In this document: positions 1 through 10,330 of the stretch, one piece after another
How the letters are laid out: the number at the start of each line of letters is the position of its first letter
How positions within the stretch are numbered: the stretch's first letter is position 1
NCBI GenBank assembly: GCA_027021705.1
Contig: JALUTT010000171.1
Span: 1 to 64,000, forward strand
Length of the DNA: 64,000 bases
Source: Anaerolineae bacterium
GTDB taxonomy: Bacteria; Chloroflexota; Anaerolineae; S140-20
Direction of reading: 5' to 3'
Notes under the pieces: generated by a model
What the model was told of the DNA's origin: nothing
Database searches by the model: none
What the model saw: the letters and a program-made list of their open reading frames with translations, nothing else
Position numbers and translations under genes: made by a program

Positions 1-157
1 ACATTGTACCCTATTTCGCGGGTTGGCTCAAATTCATTATGGGCAAGCTCCCCCCCCTTTTTCGACCATTTTACGAAGCCCAGAGCCTATTTCGGCTACC
101 TGTAGGTCCCCAACTTGATACGCTCGCAGCTTCCTGAAAGTTGCCCAAAATTCCCCC

Positions 158-186
158 TTGCCCAAAGCGCCAGTTTCTGGTACTAT
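158..186 (+). promoter_or_regulatory. putative sigma-70 promoter for the rfaE-like gene
   Basis: TTGCCC-N17-TACTAT, 35 bp upstream of ATG 222. A divergent TTGAGC-N17-TACAAT at 31..3 points out of the window. Confidence 0.55.
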
Positions 187-221
187 AGACAGTAGTGCAC
201 CGTAAAAAACGGGGAGACGGC

Positions 222-1280
222 ATGACCCTGCCCTGTCCCGTGTCAGAACTGCTGGCCCTCATCCCCCGGCTGGCCGGTCATCACGTCGTGGTGGTCGGCG
301 ACCTCTTCCTGGACGAATACCTGATCGGACAGGCGAGCCGCCTCTCCCGGGAGGCACCCGTCCCGGTGTTGGAGCTGGAGTCCCGCCGCCGCCTGCCGGG
401 GGGAGGAGCCAACCCGGCGATGAACATCGTGGCTCTGGGTAGCCGAGCCACGTCGGTGGGGCTGATCGGCGATGATGAGGCAGGCCGGGCGCTGCGGACC
501 CTGCTGGCCCAGGCCGGCGTGGGGACGGATGGGTTGCTCACCGATCCCGACCGGCCCACGACGACCAAGACCCGCCTGGTCGCCCAGGGGGCGCTGCGCT
601 TCCCCCAGCAGATCGCCCGGGTGGATCGGGTGGACCGGCGGCCCCTTGCACCGACCGTCGAGGCCCGGGTCGTCGAGCGGGTACGGGCGCTGGGAGCAGA
701 AGCCGACGCCATCCTCGTCTCCGACTATCGGAGCGGGCTCGTCACCCCGGCCGTCGTCCAGGCGGTTCGGGAGGTGGCCGCAGGGAGTCGGTTGATCACC
801 GCCGACAGCCAGGGTCGGCTGGGACACTTCGTCGGCTTTCACCTGGTCAAGTGCAACCGGTGGGAGGCAGAGAGCTATCTGGCGAGCCTCCCCTCTGAGG
901 GAGGGCAAGCGGGGCTCCCCCGGCCCGCCCCGGAACTGCGCACGTCGGCGGACTTTGAGGCGGCGACGGCCTACCTGCGACGTTCGTTGAAGGTCGAGGC
1001 CATCCTCATCACCCAAGGGCCGGAGGGGATGTCGCTGCGGGACGGGAGGGGGTATCTGCACCTGCCGGCAGCCAACCGGACGGAGGTCTTCGACGTCACC
1101 GGGGCCGGAGACACGGTCATCGCCGTCGCCACCTTGGCCCTGATCGCGGGCGCGACCCCATCCGTCGCTGCCGCGCTGGCCAACTACGCCGCCGGCCTGG
1201 TCGTCCGCCGTCTGGGCAACGCCACCCCTTCGCCGGAGGAGCTGGACTGGGCGATCCGGCAGTGGTCGGAAAATTTCTAA
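222..1280 (+). CDS. RfaE/HldE domain I-like PfkB-family sugar kinase (heptose-7-phosphate kinase-like)
   Basis: VVGDLFLDEY, RLSREAPVPV, GGGANPA and EVFDVTGAGDT motifs; GGGGAG RBS before ATG 222. Confidence 0.85.
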   Translation: MTLPCPVSELLALIPRLAGHHVVVVGDLFLDEYLIGQASRLSREAPVPVLELESRRRLPGGGANPAMNIVALGSRATSVGLIGDDEAGRALRTLLAQAGVGTDGLLTDPDRPTTTKTRLVAQGALRFPQQIARVDRVDRRPLAPTVEARVVERVRALGAEADAILVSDYRSGLVTPAVVQAVREVAAGSRLITADSQGRLGHFVGFHLVKCNRWEAESYLASLPSEGGQAGLPRPAPELRTSADFEAATAYLRRSLKVEAILITQGPEGMSLRDGRGYLHLPAANRTEVFDVTGAGDTVIAVATLALIAGATPSVAAALANYAAGLVVRRLGNATPSPEELDWAIRQWSENF

Positions 1281-1288
1281 GATTCTCG

Positions 1289-1316
1289 TGAAACTTTTAC
1301 GCCGCTTATACGTCTA
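1289..1316 (+). promoter_or_regulatory. putative ECF-sigma promoter upstream of the sigma-70 gene
   Basis: TGAAAC-N16-CGTCTA, resembling SigW/SigM-type consensus. Confidence 0.55.
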
Positions 1317-1420
1317 TTTCTATGGAAGAGGTGCGCCGCACCTCGAGGCAGACAAGACCTTTCGTCGTCCATTCCCGGCGGACCAGCCGGCAAACCTATA
1401 GATCACACTAAGCAGAGCCA

Positions 1421-2608
1421 ATGGCAGGGGATAACGGTCGTTACGACGACACACCCAAGGTAACCGAATATCTGGACATCCTGCTGAACCAAGCGGAGAC
1501 CCAGGGCTACCTCACCTACGACGACATCCTGAGCCTGCTGCCCGAGGTAGAGGAGGACCTGGAGACCCTGGCGGCTTTGCTGGAGGACCTGGACGCAGCA
1601 GGGATCCCTGTGCTGACCGACGAGAGCGAGGTCAAGTCCAGGCTCGCCCGGGAGGAGGCAGGGGAGCGCCGAGAGCCGACACCTCCCACCCAGCAGTTGA
1701 TGACCGAGGACACCCTGGACCTCTACCTCCAGGACATCGGCCAGGAGCCGCTGCTGAGCTGGGAGGAGGAAGTCCAACTGGCCAAGCAGATTGAGCGGGG
1801 GAAGCGGGCCCAGAAGGCGCTCAAGCGAGATGGTCTGAACCCGGCCGAGCGGGCCCGGCTCCAGGCCCTGGTCGAGGCCGGGCAGGCCGCCCGGGAGCGT
1901 CTGAGCCAGGCCAACACCCGGCTGGTGATCAGCATCGCCAAGCGGTATCGGGGCTATGGCCTCCCCTTCGCCGACCTGATCCAGGAGGGGAACGTCGGAC
2001 TCATGCGGGCGGTGGACCGGTACGACTACCGCCAGGGTAACCGCTTCTCCACCTACGCCACCTGGTGGATCCGCCAGGCGGTCACCCGGGCTCTGGCCGA
2101 CCAAGGGCGGACGATCCGCCTGCCGGTGCACACGGGAGACCGGCTCCGGCGGACCATCAAGGTGATCCAGCAACTGGAACAAGAGCTGGGGCGGCGTCCC
2201 ACGCCTGAGGAGATCGCCCGTCACACCGGCGATGAGGTGTCGGCCATCCGAGACCTGCTGCGCCTGACCGCCGACACCATCTCGCTGGACCAGCCGGCGG
2301 GCCGGGAGGAGGACGCGGAGCTGGCGGACTTCGTGCAGGACGAGAGCGCCCTCTCCCCCGAGGAGGAGATTGACCGCCACCTGCTGCACGAACTGCTGCA
2401 GGAGGCGATGCACGATCTGACGCCGCGCGAAGTCCAGATCCTGCGCCTCCGCTACGGCCTTCAGGACGGCAAGAAGCGGACCCTGAAGGAGGTCGCCCAG
2501 GCCTTTGGGCTTTCCCGCGAGCGGGTCCGCCAGATCGAACACGAGGCCCTGGACAAGCTGCGCCAGGGCAAGTACGGGCGTATCCTGCGTCAGTTCCTGG
2601 CCCCTTAG
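1421..2608 (+). CDS. RNA polymerase sigma factor, RpoD/SigA family
   Basis: region 1.1 (GYLTYDDI), 1.2 (LYLQDIG), 2 ([26 protein letters not shown]), 4 (RERVRQIE). Confidence 0.93.
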   Translation: MAGDNGRYDDTPKVTEYLDILLNQAETQGYLTYDDILSLLPEVEEDLETLAALLEDLDAAGIPVLTDESEVKSRLAREEAGERREPTPPTQQLMTEDTLDLYLQDIGQEPLLSWEEEVQLAKQIERGKRAQKALKRDGLNPAERARLQALVEAGQAARERLSQANTRLVISIAKRYRGYGLPFADLIQEGNVGLMRAVDRYDYRQGNRFSTYATWWIRQAVTRALADQGRTIRLPVHTGDRLRRTIKVIQQLEQELGRRPTPEEIARHTGDEVSAIRDLLRLTADTISLDQPAGREEDAELADFVQDESALSPEEEIDRHLLHELLQEAMHDLTPREVQILRLRYGLQDGKKRTLKEVAQAFGLSRERVRQIEHEALDKLRQGKYGRILRQFLAP

Positions 2609-2632
2609 GCTGGCTCGAAAGCTCACGGAAAA

Positions 2633-2666
2633 GGGGGGAGCCGTGGCAGGATGGACGGCTCCCCCC
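2633..2666 (+). terminator. GC-rich hairpin downstream of the sigma gene
   Basis: GGGGGAGCCGT...ACGGCTCCCCC inverted repeat; weak U-tract. Confidence 0.45.
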
Positions 2667-2915
2667 GGCTCTAATACAGCGTTAGCGAAATTCTGATGAG
2701 AATCTAACACAACTATGGTATACTCCAACGTTGACGGTAACCGTTCACCCTCCCGCAGGTTAGGCGCGTTTCCGACGCGAAACCGTGCTTCAAATAGCCC
2801 ATCGGGGCTAAAAGCCCCCTCAACCGGTGGACCTGCGGGAGGGTAGGCTGGCTGAATAGATACCGTTGAAGTGTGTCCGAGAGCGACCCGTGTAGAAGCG
2901 GAGAGGAGCGAGGCG

Positions 2916-5393
2916 ATGTTACCCTGGTTCAACGGTACCGGCGACGAGCACGACGATCTGATCCGGCGCATCCCTACGGAAGTCCCGGTGTTGCCGCTGC
3001 GGAACACCGTTGCCTATCCCTTCGTCCTGATGCCCCTGGCGGTGGGGATCCCCCGCTCGGTGAGGCTGATTGAAGAGGCTGTGAGCGGCGATCGGATCAT
3101 CGGCCTGGTGGCGATGAAGACCCCTGAAATGGAAGAGCCAGGCCCCGACCAAGTGCATCAGATGGGAACGGTGGCCTACATCCACCGGGTGGTGAAGGGG
3201 AGCGATGGCTCCCTCTCCGTCTTCGTCCAGGGGCTGGAGCGCTTCCGCATCCAGGAATGGACGGAAGTGAAACCCTACCTGAAGGCACGCATCGAGTTGG
3301 CCCCCGACATCGTGGAAGAGAGCCTGGAGGTCGAAGCCCTTCGGCGCAGCCTGCTGGATGTGGCCCGCCGGCTGGTTCCCCTGATGCCTCAGCTTCCCGA
3401 CGAGGCAGCCGACTTCATCGCCCAGTTGGAGAGCCCCCGCCTCCTCCTCTACCTGTTGGCGGCCAACGTGCGCACCGAGGTGGAGGAGGCCCAGGCCATC
3501 CTGGAGGCCGACCACATCGCCGAGAAGATGCGCCGCCTCATCACCATCCTGACCCGGGAACTGGAACTGCGGGAGCTGGGCCAGAAGATCCAGCAGCAGG
3601 CCCGCGAGGAGATGGACAAGGCGCAGCGGGAGTACTTCCTGCGCCAGCAGTTGGAGGCCATCCGACGGGAGCTGGGCGAGGTGGACGAGACCCGGGCGGA
3701 GATCGAGGAATACCGGCAGAAGATCGAGGCGGTCCATATGTCCGAGGAGGCCCGCAAAGAGGCACTGCGGGAGCTGGGCCGGATGGAGAAGATGCCTCCT
3801 CAGGCTGCCGAGTACTCGGTCATCAAGACCTACCTCGACTGGCTGACGGAGCTCCCTTGGGACACGGTCACCGAGGACAACCTGGACATCAACCACGCCC
3901 GCCGGGTGCTGGATGAGGACCACTACGACTTGCAGGACGTGAAGGACCGCATCTTGGAGTTCCTGGCCGTGCGTAAGCTGCGGTTGGAGCGGCAGGCAGA
4001 GGCCGATGGAGAGGAAAGGGAGGTCTCCGCCGACGAGGGGATGGGTGCCATCCTCTGCTTCGTCGGCCCGCCGGGGGTGGGGAAGACCAGCCTGGGCCGT
4101 TCCATCGCCCGCGCCCTAGGGCGCAAGTTCACCCGGATGTCCCTGGGCGGGGTGCGGGACGAGGCGGAGATCCGAGGCCATCGGCGAACCTACATCGGCG
4201 CGATGCCGGGCCGCATCATCCAAGCCTTGCGCCGGGTCGGGAGCAAGAACCCCGTCTTCATGTTGGACGAGGTGGACAAGATCGGCGCCGACTGGCGGGG
4301 GGACCCGGCCTCGGCCCTGCTGGAGGTCCTGGATCCCCAGCAGAACGACGCCTTCCGGGACCACTACCTAGACGTGGACTTCGACCTCAGCCAGGTGCTC
4401 TTCATCACGACGGCCAATACCCTGGAGACGGTCCCGGCCCCGCTGCGGGACCGGATGGAAGTGATCACCCTGGATGGATACACCGAGTACGAGAAGGTGA
4501 TCATCGCCCAGAACTACCTGGTGCCGCGCCAACTGAAGGCCAACGGCCTACGTCCTGAGGAGATCCGCTTCACCGAGGAGGGGCTGCGGACCATCATCCG
4601 CGATTACACCCGCGAGGCCGGCGTGCGCAACCTAGAGCGGGAGATCGGGCGGGTCTGCCGCAAGGTGGCCACCCGCGTGGCCGCCGGCGAGGCGACGGAG
4701 ACCGTGGTGATCACGCCGGAGCGGGTGCGGGAACTGCTGGGCAAGCCGCGCTTCCGCTTCGAGGCCGCCCTGCGCACGGAAAAGCCCGGCGTAGCCACCG
4801 GCTTGGCCTGGACGCCGACGGGCGGCGAGGTACTCTTCGTCGAAGCGGCCGCTATGCCGGGCAAGGAACGGCTCATCCTGACCGGCCAGTTAGGCGACGT
4901 GATGAAAGAATCGGCCCAGATCGCCCTCAGCTACGTCCGCTCCCACGCGGAAGCGCTGGGCATCCCGCCCCAGGCCTGCCACGATCGGGACATCCACCTG
5001 CACGTGCCTGCCGGCGCCGTGCCCAAGGATGGCCCTTCGGCCGGCGTCACTATGGTCACCGCCCTCGTCTCGCTGTTGACCGGGCGTCCCGTGCGCTCCG
5101 ACGTAGGGATGACCGGCGAGGTCACCCTCCAGGGGCAGGTGCTCCCCATCGGGGGGGTCAAGCAGAAGGTCCTGGCCGCCCACCGGGCCGGCCTGAAAAC
5201 GGTGATCCTGCCCCGTCTCAACGAGGCGGACCTAGACGACGTGCCCGAGGACGTGCGTTCGGAGCTCCAGTGCGTCCTGGTGGACGACATCCGGGAGGTT
5301 CTAGAGGCAGCGCTGGAGCAGGAGGTCCCGGAGGAACAGGAGGGGGATGGGAAGCTGCACGAGGACCCGACCGTCCTGCCGTTGGCTGCTTGA
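2916..5393 (+). CDS. lon: ATP-dependent Lon protease
   Basis: LON N domain (LPLRN), Walker [21 protein letters not shown], catalytic PKDGPSAG. Confidence 0.97.
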   Translation: MLPWFNGTGDEHDDLIRRIPTEVPVLPLRNTVAYPFVLMPLAVGIPRSVRLIEEAVSGDRIIGLVAMKTPEMEEPGPDQVHQMGTVAYIHRVVKGSDGSLSVFVQGLERFRIQEWTEVKPYLKARIELAPDIVEESLEVEALRRSLLDVARRLVPLMPQLPDEAADFIAQLESPRLLLYLLAANVRTEVEEAQAILEADHIAEKMRRLITILTRELELRELGQKIQQQAREEMDKAQREYFLRQQLEAIRRELGEVDETRAEIEEYRQKIEAVHMSEEARKEALRELGRMEKMPPQAAEYSVIKTYLDWLTELPWDTVTEDNLDINHARRVLDEDHYDLQDVKDRILEFLAVRKLRLERQAEADGEEREVSADEGMGAILCFVGPPGVGKTSLGRSIARALGRKFTRMSLGGVRDEAEIRGHRRTYIGAMPGRIIQALRRVGSKNPVFMLDEVDKIGADWRGDPASALLEVLDPQQNDAFRDHYLDVDFDLSQVLFITTANTLETVPAPLRDRMEVITLDGYTEYEKVIIAQNYLVPRQLKANGLRPEEIRFTEEGLRTIIRDYTREAGVRNLEREIGRVCRKVATRVAAGEATETVVITPERVRELLGKPRFRFEAALRTEKPGVATGLAWTPTGGEVLFVEAAAMPGKERLILTGQLGDVMKESAQIALSYVRSHAEALGIPPQACHDRDIHLHVPAGAVPKDGPSAGVTMVTALVSLLTGRPVRSDVGMTGEVTLQGQVLPIGGVKQKVLAAHRAGLKTVILPRLNEADLDDVPEDVRSELQCVLVDDIREVLEAALEQEVPEEQEGDGKLHEDPTVLPLAA

Positions 5394-5400
5394 CCAGGTG

Positions 5401-5455
5401 GGCAACCAATCTGTAACGGAATTGTAACCGCTGCGGGTGCTAGAGTTGCTATACT
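5401..5455 (+). promoter_or_regulatory. promoter with 11-bp-periodic direct repeats
   Basis: GGCAAC/TGTAAC/TGTAAC at 5401, 5412, 5423, then extended -10 TGcTATACT. Confidence 0.5.
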
Positions 5456-5563
5456 CGGAGTACCCGCTTTGCGCTTTCTGTGAGGTCTGGATTGGGGGCG
5501 GTTTGACCTGTGACCACGGTGGCCGGGGAGGGTGGGCCCCCTGCCCGCCATCGCGGGGCTTGC

Positions 5564-8500
5564 ATGCTTGCGGAGGATGAGCCGGTGGAAAGCAAATCGC
5601 CAAGAGGCGAAGGGCGCGGATGGATGGCTCATTTGCCGGTAGGAGCCATACTGCTCCTGGCCGGCCTCGTCTACCTGGCAGCGCCGTTGCTGGCCTGGTC
5701 GTGGAACCGACAACCATTCCTGGGCGCTTTTCTCGAACCCACACTGGTCTTCAACAACGTGCGGGTGGTGGCCTGGAGCCGGGAGGGCCCCGTCCCTCCC
5801 TGGCAGGACCGGCTGATCGCTCTGGATGGGGAGCCCCTATCGGGTCCCCGTTCTCTCACCCCCCTCTTGCGCCGCTACCAACCCGGCGACGAAGTCACCC
5901 TCACGCTTCAACGACCCGATGGGACGGTGTACGAGCAGCAGGTCACCTTGCGTGCTTTCCGGCTGCGGGACTTCGTCCATTACTTCTTCATCCCCTATCT
6001 GATCGGCGGTGCCTACCTGGCGTTGGGGCTCTGGGTCTACGCGGCCCGGTGGTTTGAGCCCAGCGGGCGGGCTTTCGCCCTCTTCAGTGGGGCAGCAGCG
6101 CTGGTGCTAGGGGGCCTCTTCGACCTCTACACAACCCACTGGCTGGTTCCCCTCTGGAGCGTCGGGCTGGGGCTCATCGGGGCCGCGCTGATAGACCTGG
6201 CCCTCCTCTTCCCCAGGCCCATCCGTTTCATCCGCCGCCGGCCCCGACTGCACCTGTTGGCCTACCTGCCGGCCCCCTTCCTCATCGGGGCTGCGCTGGT
6301 GACGGCGAGCGACTTCACCCACCCCTGGCGCTACGGTCCGGTCTGGCAACTCTGCTTCGCCTACACCGCCCTGGGTGCCCTCCTCCTCCTGGCGATGATG
6401 CTCTACCGCCTGCGGAATCCCGACCCCTTCATCCGACACCAGGCCCGCATCATTCTGTGGGGGCTGATCCTCGCCTTTGTCCCGTTGGCCCTCTGGCTTG
6501 TGCCGGCAGCAATGGGGCACGGAGCCCTCTTCCAGCCGGGCCTCCACCTCATCCCCCTCATCTTCCTCCCCCTCGCCATCGCCCACACCATCGTGCGCTA
6601 CCGGCTGCTGGACGTGGACCGGATGGTGAGGCAAGGGGTGAGCTACCTGATCCTGACGGCGCTGGTGGCCGGTGGCTACCTGCTCACCCTGAACCTGGCC
6701 AGCATTGTCTTGGGAGAGGCCCTGGAGGCCGACAACCCCATCGCCGTCGCCGCGCTGGTCGTCGTGCTGGCCCTGATCCTCGACCCCGCCCGCTCCCGGC
6801 TCCAGCGCTCCGTGGACCGCATCTTCTACCGGGATCGGCTGGACTACCGTCAGGAGCTGGAAGCCTTCAGCCACGCCCTGACCACCCGCGTGAACCTGGC
6901 AGGGGTGCTGGAGGCCCTACAGGAACGGATCGAGGCGGCCTTCCACCCAAACGGCCTGTCCATCTTCCTATGGAACGAGCGGGCTCAGCAGTATCTGCCG
7001 GTCGGTCAGGAGCACACCGTGGCCTTCACACCGGAGAGTCCCCTGGTGCGCTACCTGCTCCACGAGCGCAGGACCCTCTGCCTGTTACCCGATCGGGACC
7101 TGCCGGCCGAACTGGCGGCGGAGAAGGAGCGGTTGGAATCCCTGGGGGCGATGGTCTTCGTCCCGCTGGGGCAACACGGCTGGCTGGCCCTGGGCATCCG
7201 ACGCTCAGGCGAGCCCTACACGACCGACGATCTGGCCTATCTGGAGGCGATTGCCGGGCAGGCTGCGCTGGCCATAGACCGGGTCCGACTGATTACGAAA
7301 CTGGAGCAGCGAGTGGAAGAGTTAGAGGTTCTGCGCATTATCGGCCAGACGATCGGTTTTAAGGTGGAGATTGACGACCTGCTGGAGTTGGTCTACGCCC
7401 AGACGAGCCGGCTCCTGGACACCACCAACTACGCCATCGTGCTCTATGACGAGGAGAAGCAGCGCTTTTCCTATGCCTTCTACGTGATCAACGGCGAGCG
7501 GGAGTACCCGGACGACGAGTGGCCGTTGGGTGAGGGGCTGAGCAGCGAGATCATCCGCACCGGCCGCCCCATCCTGACGGACAACTACGTGGCGGAGTGC
7601 GAGCGACGGGGGGTGACACCCCGCCACCGAGATGGCGGACAGCGCTCCTGGATGGGGGTGCCCCTCCACGCCGACGATCGGGTGCTGGGGGTGATGCGGG
7701 TCTTCAGCCACGATCCCAACGTCGTTTACACCCAGGAGCAGTTGCAGATCCTCTCCTCCATCGCCGACCAGGCGGCCCTGATCCTGCACCGCTCCCGGCT
7801 CTACCAGGAGATGGAGAAGCGGGCCCGCCAACTGGCCACGCTGAACGAGGTGAGTCAGACCATCACCTCCACCCTCGACCTCAAGTCGGTGCTTCATCTC
7901 ATTATGGAAAAGGCCGTGGAGATCCTGGACGCCGAGGCCGGTTCCCTGCTCCTGGTGGACGATGAGACGGGGGAGCTGGTCTTTCACGTGACGCTGGGGC
8001 CGGCCGCCGAGGACCTGGAGGGGGTACGGCTTCCCCCTGGCACCGGCATCGTGGGGGCCGTCGCCCGCACCGGTGAACCCATCATCGTTCAGGACGCCCA
8101 CCAGGACGAGCGATGGTTCGCCGGAACCGATCAGAAGACCGCCTTTGTCACCCGGGCGATCCTGGCGGTGCCCCTGCAGGCCAAGGGACGAACCATCGGC
8201 GTGATCGAACTGATCAACAAGCTGGATGGGACGCCCTTCGACGAAGAGGACAGCCAGTTGCTCACCGCCTTCGCCAGCAACGCCGCCGTCGCCATCGAGA
8301 ACGCCCGCCTCTTCGGCCAGACGGACCAGGCTCTCCAGGCCCGGGTGGCCGAACTCTCGATGATGCAGCGGATTGACCGGGAGCTGAACGCGACACTGGA
8401 CTTCGCCCGGGTGATGGAACTGACCCTCGATTGGGCCATTCGGATGACGGGGGCTCAGGCGGGGACGGTGCAGGTACTGGACGAGGAGCGGGAAGTCCTC

Positions 8501-9586
8501 CTCCCGGCGGCCAGCCAAGGGTACCCCGAGGATCAGGTCGAAGAACTCCAGCAGCATCCCTGGCCGGCCGACAGAGGGGTGATCGGGCGGGTCCTGCGCA
8601 CGGGCGAGCCGGCGCTGGTGCCCGACGTCCAGCAGGACCCCGACTACGTGGCGGTGCTGCCGGAGATCCGGGCGGAGCTGGCGGTGCCCATCCGTCGGGA
8701 GGAGAAGGTGATCGGGGTGATCAACCTGGAGAGCCCGACGGTAGGGGCCTTCAGCCAGGAGGACCTGGAGTTCGTCACCCGCCTGGCCGACCACGCCGCC
8801 ATCGCCATCGAAAACGCCCGCCTCTACGAGCAGGTCAAGCGGGCCAATGAGGCCAAGTCCCAGTTCGTCTCCATCGTCGCCCACGAGATGAAGATCCCGA
8901 TGACCTCCATCAAGGGGTACGCCCGGCTGCTAGAGCTGGGGATGGGGGGCGCCGGCCTGGACGAGACCCAGAAAGGCTTCCTCAAGACGATCATCGCCAA
9001 CGTGGATCGGATGAACAAGCTGGTCACCGACCTGCTGGACATCTCCCGCATCGAGACGGGCCGGCTGCGGCTGGAGATCGAAGCGGTCCCCATCGTCTCC
9101 GTCATCGAGGAAACGCTGAACAGCACCCGCAGCCAGATCGAGGAGAAGGGGTTGAAGCTCCACGTGGAGGTGCCGGACGACCTGCCTCTGGTCCGGGGCG
9201 ACCGAACCCGGCTGGTTCAGGTCCTGACCAACCTAGTCAGCAATGCCTACAAGTACACCAAAGAGGGCTCCATCACCATTCGGGCCGAGCGCTGCCAGGT
9301 CTCTGAGAACGGTCAGGTGAGGGAGTACGTCCGCTGTTCCGTCACGGACACCGGCATCGGGATCGCACCGCAGGACCTGAAGCGCCTCTTCAAGGTGCAG
9401 TTCGTCCGCTTCGAGAACGCGGTGGACATGGCCCCGGGGCACGGGCTGGGGCTCTGGCTGGTCAACCAGTTGGTCCGGCTCCAGGGAGGTGAGATGAGCG
9501 TGGAGAGCGAGCTGGGCAAGGGGAGCACCTTCGCCTTCACCGTCCCGGTGGCGAAGCAGGGGAACGGGCATCAGCCGCCGAGCTAG
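5564..9586 (+). CDS. membrane sensor histidine kinase with PDZ-like, multi-TM and four GAF domains (start uncertain: 5510/5564/5624)
   Basis: H-box AHEMKIP, N-box NLVSNAYKY, DTGIGI, GHGLGL; repeated GAF ends (AAIAIENARLY). Confidence 0.9.
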   Translation: MLAEDEPVESKSPRGEGRGWMAHLPVGAILLLAGLVYLAAPLLAWSWNRQPFLGAFLEPTLVFNNVRVVAWSREGPVPPWQDRLIALDGEPLSGPRSLTPLLRRYQPGDEVTLTLQRPDGTVYEQQVTLRAFRLRDFVHYFFIPYLIGGAYLALGLWVYAARWFEPSGRAFALFSGAAALVLGGLFDLYTTHWLVPLWSVGLGLIGAALIDLALLFPRPIRFIRRRPRLHLLAYLPAPFLIGAALVTASDFTHPWRYGPVWQLCFAYTALGALLLLAMMLYRLRNPDPFIRHQARIILWGLILAFVPLALWLVPAAMGHGALFQPGLHLIPLIFLPLAIAHTIVRYRLLDVDRMVRQGVSYLILTALVAGGYLLTLNLASIVLGEALEADNPIAVAALVVVLALILDPARSRLQRSVDRIFYRDRLDYRQELEAFSHALTTRVNLAGVLEALQERIEAAFHPNGLSIFLWNERAQQYLPVGQEHTVAFTPESPLVRYLLHERRTLCLLPDRDLPAELAAEKERLESLGAMVFVPLGQHGWLALGIRRSGEPYTTDDLAYLEAIAGQAALAIDRVRLITKLEQRVEELEVLRIIGQTIGFKVEIDDLLELVYAQTSRLLDTTNYAIVLYDEEKQRFSYAFYVINGEREYPDDEWPLGEGLSSEIIRTGRPILTDNYVAECERRGVTPRHRDGGQRSWMGVPLHADDRVLGVMRVFSHDPNVVYTQEQLQILSSIADQAALILHRSRLYQEMEKRARQLATLNEVSQTITSTLDLKSVLHLIMEKAVEILDAEAGSLLLVDDETGELVFHVTLGPAAEDLEGVRLPPGTGIVGAVARTGEPIIVQDAHQDERWFAGTDQKTAFVTRAILAVPLQAKGRTIGVIELINKLDGTPFDEEDSQLLTAFASNAAVAIENARLFGQTDQALQARVAELSMMQRIDRELNATLDFARVMELTLDWAIRMTGAQAGTVQVLDEEREVLLPAASQGYPEDQVEELQQHPWPADRGVIGRVLRTGEPALVPDVQQDPDYVAVLPEIRAELAVPIRREEKVIGVINLESPTVGAFSQEDLEFVTRLADHAAIAIENARLYEQVKRANEAKSQFVSIVAHEMKIPMTSIKGYARLLELGMGGAGLDETQKGFLKTIIANVDRMNKLVTDLLDISRIETGRLRLEIEAVPIVSVIEETLNSTRSQIEEKGLKLHVEVPDDLPLVRGDRTRLVQVLTNLVSNAYKYTKEGSITIRAERCQVSENGQVREYVRCSVTDTGIGIAPQDLKRLFKVQFVRFENAVDMAPGHGLGLWLVNQLVRLQGGEMSVESELGKGSTFAFTVPVAKQGNGHQPPS

Positions 9587-10215
9587 AGGTCCAGGTGACG
9601 GACGTAGGCAGCCACCTCGCTGCGCCGCCGCAGCCCCAGCTTGTCCAGGATGTTGCGCACGTGGGTTTTCACCGTGTTCTCAGAGATCATCAGCGTTTCA
9701 GCAATCTGGCGGTTGCTGGCCCCCCGAGCCAGCAACCGCAGCACATCCCGCTCCCGGGGCGTCAGGGGGAGATTGGGAGAGGTGGGAACCTGACCGGTGC
9801 GGAGGGCCTCCAGGACGCGCAGGGTGACCACCGGGGAGAGCATCGCCTCCCCCGCGTGCACCCGTCGGATCGCCTCCAGAAGCTCGTCGGCGTCGGCGTT
9901 CTTGAGGATGTAGCCTCGAGCACCGGCCTGGATGCCCGCGAAGAGGTCCTCATCCTCCTCGGAGACGGTTAACATCAGGACCCGCGCCTCGGGCACGGCG
10001 GCCAGCAGCCGTCGAGTGGCCTCGACGCCGTCCACCCGGGGCATCTGGACATCCATCAGCACCACGTCGGGCCGGAGCTCCCGGACCAGCCGGACGACCT
10101 CCTCACCATCGGCCGCCTCGCCGACCACCTCCAGGTCCGGCTCCGTCTGGAGCAGGCTGACCAGCCCCTGGCGGAAGAGGGTGTGATCATCCACGATCAA
10201 CAGGCGAATGGGCAT
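9583..10215 (-). CDS. NarL/LuxR-family response regulator
   Basis: IVDDH, DVVLMD, GYILK, LTPRE...SENTVKTH HTH. Confidence 0.95.
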   Translation of the reverse strand: MPIRLLIVDDHTLFRQGLVSLLQTEPDLEVVGEAADGEEVVRLVRELRPDVVLMDVQMPRVDGVEATRRLLAAVPEARVLMLTVSEEDEDLFAGIQAGARGYILKNADADELLEAIRRVHAGEAMLSPVVTLRVLEALRTGQVPTSPNLPLTPRERDVLRLLARGASNRQIAETLMISENTVKTHVRNILDKLGLRRRSEVAAYVRHLDL

Positions 10216-10240
10216 CGTCGCACCTCTACGACCGCCAGCA

Positions 10241-10330
10241 GGCGACCGCCGACGGCCGACCGCCGACCGCCGACGACGGACGGCGGACTACGGACTGGGG
10301 ACTGCGGACCGAGGACTGCGGACGGCGACC
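10241..10330. repeat. degenerate heptamer tandem repeats (CCGCCGA / GGACTGC-like)
   Basis: ~7-bp periodicity visible; overlaps the 3' end of the kinase gene. Confidence 0.7.

Noticed and set aside
2682..2708. CIRCE-like operator before lon (TTAGC...CTAA)
   Set aside because: Inner positions do not match TTAGCACTC-N9-GAGTGCTAA
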